DNA of 64,000 bases from NCBI RefSeq assembly GCF_009914755.1, contig NC_060935.1, one strand, 5' to 3'. Below the pieces are notes generated by a model. The model saw only the letters and a program-made list of their open reading frames with translations. It made no database searches and was not told where the DNA came from. Position 1 is the first letter of the stretch; every line of letters starts with the position of its first letter. Of the stretch, positions 53,231 to 64,000 are shown one piece after another. The DNA comes from the human T2T-CHM13v2.0 reference genome, Homo sapiens. Made by a program: the position numbers and the translations under genes.

Positions 53231-54390
53231 TTGCTTCCAGCCAGATTTGGCCACTGAGGCTCCTGAGCAGGGGAATGCATGATCAAAACTACACCCTGGA
53301 CAGATTAAATTAATTGGAGAAAATGGGCTGAGAGGCAGAGATATGTGTCACTGGCCTACTGTGTTTGATCCTATAGTGGGGGCCTGAACTGGGGCAACGG
53401 CCTGAGTCCCCCACTACCAGTAGCAGGAGGCTCCATGTGTCCCCCATATTAGAGCTTGCGGCACTTCCATTTGCCCCACCTCCTACAATACCCCACATAC
53501 ATGTACTCACTCTCCCTTGCAAATCTAGTGGCTTCAACCCACAGAATTTAAGGGGAAAGGAATTGTTCTGTCCTGTTCACTTACTGCAGAAATGAGAAAA
53601 GCGTTGTTCACATGGGATCACCTAATGAAGGGATGCCATCCCCAACGGTGCCTATAAGGAAATGGGGGAGGGTTGGAGAGTTGTGCAAAATGCAACAGGG
53701 AATCATCAGAGTCTCTTGCCCCATGATAGAGGGTTCTCAAATTAAGAGAGTCTACAGCAACTAATCTCACGGCCACTCTAGGCAGGGCTTCCCAATGCTT
53801 CCCCAACCCCACCTCCATCCTAGACTTTACCCACTCTGCTGAACACAGATGTTACCCATAGCACCTTGCACCATGATTGTTTGATTAGCACCTCCCACAG
53901 TAGACTGTGTTTCTGATAGGTCAGCAACATTTGCTGAGCACCTACTCTGCAGGGCTGTGCCAGGTGCACAAAATAAACAAAGCCAAAGACAACATGGACC
54001 CTGAACTCAGCAAGTTCAGAGTCAAGTGGGATAGGGAGGCTCTCTTCACTGGAAGGTAACTCCAAGAAACAATGGGACTCAACTTTCTAACCAAGAGAAC
54101 TCCAGGGAGCTAAAATTCTGACTTCTGGTTAAGACTGGTGTGGAGCTTCATTAAAGAAGAAAAGATTCACCCAGACTTGAGTTCATAGCCTGGCTTTGCA
54201 GCTTTTAAGTCATGTAACCTTTGATGAAGTTATGTGACCTCTCCACCCAGCTGCCCCTAACACTTGCAGGGGCAGGGCTGGAGTGCAAAGGGAGGCACTG
54301 GTACCACAGCCTGGGAGGCACCACCCCACTAGTGCAAGCCGGGCAACCTCTGCCCCCAAGGCATCCCTAGCCTCCCAACTGCAAGCATCA

Positions 54391-57227
<2,837 letters not shown>

Positions 57228-57714
57228 CTCCCATCTTCTGAATAGGAAAACTGGGGTTTGAAAAGGTAAGCGACTTGCCCAAGGTCCCCTCCCTAGCTAG
57301 AGAGCTTCAGAGCCAGGGCACAAACCCATCAAAGCCTGTGCTCTCGCCCATTGAGCCACCGGACCTCGTACACTAACCGCCAAGTGTTCTACACAGTGAA
57401 GGTGACAAAGAGGTGAAGGGAAGAGCCAGGGAGGTTCTGTGGACTCACTCGGTGGGTATGCCCAGAGGGAAGGGGGATCTTGGGTGGCACATTGAGAGTA
57501 GCTGCGCTGTTAGTAAGTGAGAACTCGGAAGTCCAGACTCATCCAGTCTGTGCCAATAAACCCCTCCTTCTACCTGGTCTCCTTTCCAAAGCCAGCTGTT
57601 CTCCAGACAATGGGGTGGGCGGGGGCGGGTGTCCTCCTCCTTCTCAGGGAAAATCCGACGCTGAGCCCATCTCCAGAGATCTTGGCTTCCCGTGGGGCTG
57701 CAGATCCACCTAGA

Positions 57715-57729
57715 GCCACCAGAGGGCGG
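57715..57729 (+). promoter_or_regulatory. CTCF core motif
   Basis: GCCACCAGAGGGCGG fits CCASYAGRKGGCR. Confidence 0.6.
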
Positions 57730-58399
57730 GCCAGCACTGCGGCCAAGGCTTGAAGACCCAGCACACCAAAGCCCGGCCAAGCCTCCAGCCCAGTGTCCAA
57801 GAGTCCAGCCAGAGGCCGAGTCCTCGATCTCAAAATGTCTAACTGCAGAAGCCCAACTCATGTTCAGGCATGATGTGTCTGATTCTACTGGGACAATCAT
57901 TGCCACCAAAGAATTACTGCCAAAATAGTAACGACATTAGCTACCTACCACCCCTCCACACACCAACACACCTCATTTTACCAAGCACTTTCTCATGCCT
58001 GGGGTGCCTGGAGACTTAATGCAGCCTCGCGATGACCGGGTAGCCTCACCGTACAGATGAGGAAACTGAGGCACAAGGAAGGGGAGTACATTGTCTAGGG
58101 TCACCTGGAGAACTCTGATCTCCAGACTCAAATTTCCAATTCGTCCCCCCTCCCCCCAACCCTAACCGGAGCTAGGTGGGGTGGGGACAGCAAATGTGGA
58201 TGGGGGGAGGTAAGAGGGGTCAGAGTGCTCTACAGAGAAGACCAAATGCATTGTGGCACCTACTGTAAAATGAGACCAGCCAGCCACCCACCCACCAGCC
58301 AGCCACCTAAAAGTCTTCAGTGGGCACCTGCTGGAAACACGACAATGGATGACACGAGTTCCCTGCCCTCAAAAAGCTGGTAGTCTAGTTGGGGGTGGA

Positions 58400-59740
58400 G
58401 GGGGTGAGTCAGCAGATAATTATGGGAAACCGTGACACCTGTATAAGGGGCGGGGATGAGCAGAGGGGCTGCGACTGCCTGGAGCCAGGGATTCCCGGAC
58501 GGGGCTTCCCTTTCCTCGCAGCTCGTCCCAGGAGGAGGAGCTCCCCCCCAGCTTCGGGGTTCCGCCTGCCTTGGGGGCCCGGGGTCCCCTCCCACCCCTC
58601 CCCGAAGAGCGCGGGCCCCGGGAACCGATGACAGCACACCTGAGTCAGCCCGCCGCCCACCCGCCCCTCAGCGTCTGTCTCCGCATCTTGTGATATTTCG
58701 CTCCCCGGGAGCCAGCCCCACTGCGCTCCGGAGGCAGCTCGGCAAACAAACCCAGCGACAGATTGTGCCGCGGCTCATTCCGGGGAAGGACGCCAAACCC
58801 CACCCTGCTACCCCCAACACTCCCTCCCCGCCGCCGCCTCCAGGCCCTCCCCCCAGGCGCAGGCCCTAGTCGGGGTGGGTCCTGGGGAAACGCAGGGTCC
58901 TGTCCTGCCTCCTGGAAATAGGGGGAGCCCTGGGTGAGGGAAGACGGGAGCCCCAGAGACTTTTCTTTCTGTTTCTACCTGATCCGAAAACGAGAGGGGC
59001 GGGAAAGGAAATTTAGGGGCACAGAGAGGAGCTGGGGGGCCGAGAAGGTCCGAAAATGGAACCAGCAGGGGGCACCCGAGAGCCGAGGTGCCCACGGGCC
59101 GGGAGCCTGGGAATGAAACTGGGGAAGAGGGGGAGAGAAAGGGAGGCAGAGACACCGAGACACACAGAGACGAGAGACAGAGACGCAGGGAGCCCCGCGG
59201 GGAGGAGGAGAGAGACGAAGACACAGAGAGACAGTGAGAAAGACAGAAGACCGGGCAGGGAAACAGACGAGTAGAGACAGAAAAGGTCCGAGAGAGAGTG
59301 AGGGAGGGAGGGAACAGAGAGACAGAGACCACGAAATATGAGTAAGAGTCGGGGGAGAAAACCAGAGAAATCGAATGAGAACGCGAGAAGAACGAGAGAC
59401 CGTGGAGGGAGCAGAGAATGAATGGGAAGAATAAGACCAACATTTATCAAGAGCCGACTGTATGCCAGGCACTGCATTGGACCCTGGCACGGATAGGAAA
59501 GGAGGAGCCGCGGCGCGGGCAGCGGGGCGAGGGGCTTCTGTGCTCGCGGGAGCGGCAGCCCAGGGGGCTCAGCAGCCCCGGCACCGCCGCACCTGCGGCT
59601 CCAGCAGCCCCAACCCCGCCAGCGCTGCCTGGCCACCGTACCCGAAGCGGCTCCCCCGAGGGCCCCGAGCCTATCCTACGCCGGGGCGGCTCCGCGGACG
59701 CGCCGGGCCGAGTCAAGACCTGGGTCAACCGCCCTGCAGC
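58400..59740. promoter_or_regulatory. Upstream CpG-rich regulatory blocks of RTN4RL2
   Basis: CpG-dense patches at ~58430-58870 and ~59500-59730 with AP-1, GC-box and kB-like motifs. Confidence 0.6.
59100..59430 (+). repeat. GA-rich low-complexity tract upstream of RTN4RL2
   Basis: Degenerate (GA)/(GAGAC) repeats. Confidence 0.75.
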
Positions 59741-60529
59741 CTTTGTAGGGAAGTGCCTAGGTGATGGGTCTGCTGATACCGCCTGTGACCAGGCCATGAA
59801 GGGCCAGAGGGGCTCCAGTGAGACCATAATCCGCCCCTCTTTAAAAGGGGGTAGAGGAAGTTCACGCGAAGCCAACAGTCTTCTCCCCAGCTTTGGGTCC
59901 TCTCCTGCACCCCCGCGGGAGATAAGGTCTCCCCTCCCGGACACATCATACATACACAAAAAAACGCACACACTCGCACGCGCGCCCATCTCGCACCCGC
60001 TTGTAAATGCACTAAGGGGCATACACACACCGGGCACATATTTCTTTCCACCCATCCCCAAGATCGCAAGCGCAAAACCTCGCACAGCCTCACGTTTCCC
60101 ACCAGCTCAGACATGCACGCTGGCGGACTTTCAGCGGCTCACCCGTGTGCACACTCACGTGCCCCCCCCCCCGCTTCCCCAAGCCCGTACAAAGGGTAAC
60201 GGGCAAGCATCCTGAGTCACACCTGCACAAGCATCCTTGCGCGCACGTGCACGCTCATATGCACTCGATCTTGCACGCACAAACTCTTGCATATACTATT
60301 CTTATAGTCGCACACTGGGCTTGAGGTCTGGGAGTGGAAGGAAAAGTGGAATCTTGGAGCTGTCCCAGGGGACAGAAATGCTGGAGGCTGGGACACTGGC
60401 GCGAGGGACGCGGCTGGGGGCGGGGGAGGGGGTGACCCAGAAGCTCATCTTCTCCTGGAAAGTTGGGAGGGGGGAACAGGACAAGTCCACGGCGTTCCTC
60501 TAAACTACCGCATTCCCCCAAGAAGGGAT

Positions 60530-61480
60530 TTCTCTAGAAGAGTGGCGCCGCGAGGACGATCGAACACAGTCCTCCGGGTCGCTTAAGCGGGGGGGAGGGG
60601 GGCGGGGTGGAGGGGGTTAGAAAGCCGCTCCCGCCTCCTAGTGGTCGAGAAAGGGTTAAGTCGGCAAGCCAGCAAACGAGGGAGGAGCCAGCGAGTGCGG
60701 GAAGGAGTGGGGGTGGTTGGGAAGAGCTTCCTCGCTGTCCCCACTCTCCCTCGGCTAGCAGCCTGGGCACACGGACAGACGGACTGACGGACTCTCGAGC
60801 GGACAGCGCAGCTAGCGGGGCGCGGGCGCTGGGCGTCGACGGCCAGCCCCAGCCTTCCCCGCCCCGTCGCGCCCCGCCCCGTCCCGTCGGGGCCGATGGC
60901 TCCTCCCGAGGCCCGCAGCCCGGGCGGCGCAGGGTAGAGCGCCGCGGCCCGGCCACGCAGCCCGGGGACTCCCGGGCCCTCCCGGAGCCCCGCGGGGTCC
61001 CCGCCGTGCATCCGGCGGGCTCAGGGAGCGAGTGGGAGCGCCCTCCCCCCGCTGCCCCCTCCCCCGAGCATCGAGACAAGATGCTGCCCGGGCTCAGGCG
61101 CCTGCTGCAAGGTAAGAACGCCAGCGGCGGGAGAGCGGAGGGCATCCTGGGGAGAGAAGCAGGGCGTCCCCTCTTTCAGGGATTGAGGGTGGGGCAGTTG
61201 GGGAGGTGGGGTAACCTGGGGAAGGGGAAAAGCTCAGCGCTGGGGCCGCGCCCCCGCCGCCAGGGCTGTTCTCAGCAGGAGGGCACTTGGCTGGGAGCCC
61301 GCGGGCGCGTGCGAGGAGCTCGTGACCGAGGTGGGACGCAGGGGGCAGGTGGACCCGGCCCGGAGCGGGGAGGGAGGCTCAGGTTCCGCTGTCCCCGCTC
61401 CACCTGCTCCGGGGGACGCTGAGGACTCGGGCCGGCTGGGGAAGCGCCGACTCAGCAACTCCTCCTGCCCGGTGCCTCAG
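60530..61480. promoter_or_regulatory. RTN4RL2 CpG-island promoter, 5' UTR and start of intron 1
   Basis: Very high GC and CpG content with multiple GC boxes surrounding exon 1. Confidence 0.88.
61081..61111 (+). CDS. RTN4RL2: RTN4RL2 (Nogo-66 receptor-related 2, NgR2) coding part of exon 1, MLPGLRRLLQ(A)
   Basis: aagATGCTGCCCGGGCTCAGGCGCCTGCTGCAAG|GTAAG; N-terminus recognised as RTN4RL2; remainder of gene lies beyond the window. Confidence 0.92.
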
Positions 61481-64000
61481 CACTTTCTGGCCACCTGGGA
61501 AGACAGGAGATGTGGGTAGGGGGCTGTCTGGGGAGGTAGGAGGCGCAGAGGGAAATCCAAGTGGCCCTCTCTGGTAGGAGAGATGGAGGGCGCTAGAAAG
61601 AGGATAGTTCTACTGATTGAGTGACAGATAAGGGTGTGGGCCAGAGACTGGGGGTGGGGTGGGGAGGGGTCAGGGGGAGAGGGATAGGAAGGAGAACTCA
61701 AAGATGGAGAAAGTGGTGAGGGAAGCTCAAAGGAGGAGGGAGATGGAGCGGGGGAGGGGGAGAAGGAATAAAGGTTAGATGGGAAAAGCGTGGAGGGAAG
61801 TGGGACCCAGGTGAAGACCAAGGAAGAGGGAAGGAGAGGAAAGACCAGATCAGGGGAGGGATGGGAAGAAGACTATGGACAGGGACCCAGAATCCTGGGA
61901 TGGAGGTAGCGGGAAAGAGAATCAGGACTGGGACCCTGGGGACTGGAATGGAAAAGGAGAATGGAAAGATCAGAAACCAGAGAAGGATGGGGATGGTGAC
62001 TAGAGAAGGGGTATCAGGAACCGGCGAAGAGGGTTGGAGACAGGGAACCATGGATGGGAGAGGGGCTGGAGAGGAGGGAAGAGGAGGAGGAAGAGAAAGG
62101 CTGAGAGAGAGGGACTGGGGATTGGGGGTGCTGCCCAGGGATGAGACAAAGAGGCTTCTGGTAACCACTTCCACGTGGGAAGCCCTCCATTCCCAAAGCG
62201 CCTGCCTGCCACATTTCTTCTCTCAGGGAGTGGCTGGTGGGCCAGATGGGGGGTGCTTTGAGCTCAGGGCCCTGGGGGTGGCTGTGAGGGACAGAGGGTG
62301 AGGACTTTGGAAGGGGAGTGACAGCCTCCGAGGGTGGGCAAACAGGCTGGCTCCTGTGCTGCCATTTATTTATCCGGCCCGGACGTTGGATTCTGCAGCC
62401 GCTGCCGCCACCACGGTGGCTGCTTATTTTGGGGTGTTACATTCTGGCAGAGTGAGAAGCTGTTTGCAGCAGCTCTAAACCTCCGTCACCCGCGTCAGTG
62501 CCTCCCCAGGCCCCTGCGTCACTGGCATCACCACCACCTCCATCCCACTCCTCAGCTCCCACCTCCTCAGCCCCTGCCCCCTCAGCATCTGCCCGCAGGC
62601 CCCAGCCCTTCCCTGAAGCAGCCCGTTGGGTGTGGAGCCCTTGCTTCTCGTCTGGGACCCTGTGCCCCTCCTTCCAGAGCGAGAGGCCTCTGCTGCCTTT
62701 CCAGGGAGCATCCTTTCCTGGGACCACTCTGCACCAGCGACTCTGCCCTGTGGGTGGGTAGCCTGGATCCTGCCCCCTACTTTGGGTCCAGTTTTCTTCT
62801 CCTCAAGTTCCTTCTTCTACAGGGGCCTCCGGCCCAAAGAGTGGCCTGTGGGCTGAGAACTTTGTTTCTGAGCCTTGGTACTCCAAGGTTTGATAGCCAG
62901 AGTCCTGGACAGTGGTCCCTCAGTGAACAGATACTTTTGGCTCTGGACACTTCAGCCTTCCGGGATCAATACCATGTTCTGGCCTCTCTTGGCTCCCTCC
63001 CCTGGTCAGTTCTGGCCATATATTCTGGACAGGGGTCATCTCTTCTTGACTCCCACATGTAATCACTACTCTAGAACAACCGCAACTGGAAGCCTAGGAG
63101 GTGAAAGTTGCAGAGAGAGCTGGAGTCCCTTCCTTGCCTTGACCCTGAATAGCCAAACAGACTCAGCATTGTGGCTGGCCCAGCCCTAGGCACCTGGGTG
63201 CAATTTCTCTCCTGTCTTTACCTCAAGGGCAGTGTCTCACACATTCAGGCGTGGTTTCTGCGGAGGATGTGGCCACCTCTTAAAGAAAGATCAGAGTGTC
63301 TCTCTGACATGGGCTTGATGTCCCTCTTTTCCAATCTGGGTTCCACCTTGTACTAGCTGCATGACCTGAGGCCACTGTGTCATGTTTCTGGGGCTCCCTT
63401 CCTTCATCTGCAAATTGGGGGCCACAATATTGACCTCCAGGGGATTATGTGTGTTGTGTTCAATGTATAAAGAAGTTAACCTGTACAAATGCAGTGCCTA
63501 GGACAAAATAGGTGCTTCTTGGTTTCCTCCTACCCTGCTGTACTCTCCCCTGCAGCTCTAGCCATCCCCTGCTGACTTTAGAGGAGGGGGTGAGCAGAGA
63601 GGGTGGGGGAGGCTGCTACAAAGGGCTTTCCTCTGTCCATGAAGTAGTGGAGGGATGAAATGAAGGCTTCTGAGAAAGACAATGAAGGCGAGCTGTAGAG
63701 ACCTGGTCAGGAGGCCTGGGGTGCTCAGAAACTCACACTTCCCCTCCCCAGCCCTCAATGGTGTTACCTATGATGTGAGGGGTCGGCTCTAGGTGGCCAC
63801 CGAGGTATCCCCCTTTCCAGCTCTGATACTCTGTGCATCTTGCCCCAGTCTCCACCGGGAATTCACAAAATGAAGGCCAGGAGTGGAGCCGTGGTCCTCG
63901 GGAGAGACAGGAGGCCTGGGCCTGGAGGGAAGGAGTGGTGGTGCTGAGGAGGAGTGAGAACAGGGGGTGGGGAAGGGACGTGGCAAGAAAGAAAAGGGCA

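Noticed and set aside
58808-60215. Several 170-265 aa overlapping ORFs
   Set aside because: Low-complexity GA- or GC-rich promoter DNA depleted of stop codons; no recognisable domain
60760-60815. REST/RE1 site in the RTN4RL2 leader
   Set aside because: Only GGACAG half-sites are present, with no TCAGCACC left half
60607-61422. 271-aa + strand ORF
   Set aside because: GC-rich 5' UTR plus 10 real RTN4RL2 codons plus intron read-through past a strong GTAAG donor

Overview
Human (primate) genomic DNA, recognisable as chr11q12.1. The window holds the complete SLC43A3 (ENBT1, equilibrative nucleobase transporter) gene on the minus strand. It has 12 coding exons from ATG 26339 to stop 7971, with GT-AG junctions that I phased by hand to 1476 nt (491 aa). 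Its poly(A) signal is at about 7152 and its CpG-island promoter at about 27.0-27.8 kb. About 33 kb away, in divergent orientation, lie the CpG-island promoter, exon 1 (MLPGLRRLLQ) and start of intron 1 of RTN4RL2 (NgR2) on the plus strand. The rest is repeat-rich: roughly 45 Alu/FLAM copies, old L1, MIR, THE1A, MST and MLT LTRs, and a Tigger3 nested in an LTR. There are also two large polypurine microsatellites. The most notable observations are: (1) two neighbouring 3'-truncated 'tailless' Pol III retropseudogenes (5S rRNA and 7SK), each with a TSD and target microhomology; (2) an in-frame 39-nt alternative acceptor and a uORF-toggling acceptor set in SLC43A3; (3) a ~370-bp interrupted GAA repeat in an Alu tail; and (4) several short local duplications and templated insertions. 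I found no convincing novel protein-coding system. Repeat subfamily names and consensus comparisons come from memory and need RepeatMasker/Dfam confirmation; repeat boundaries are approximate.
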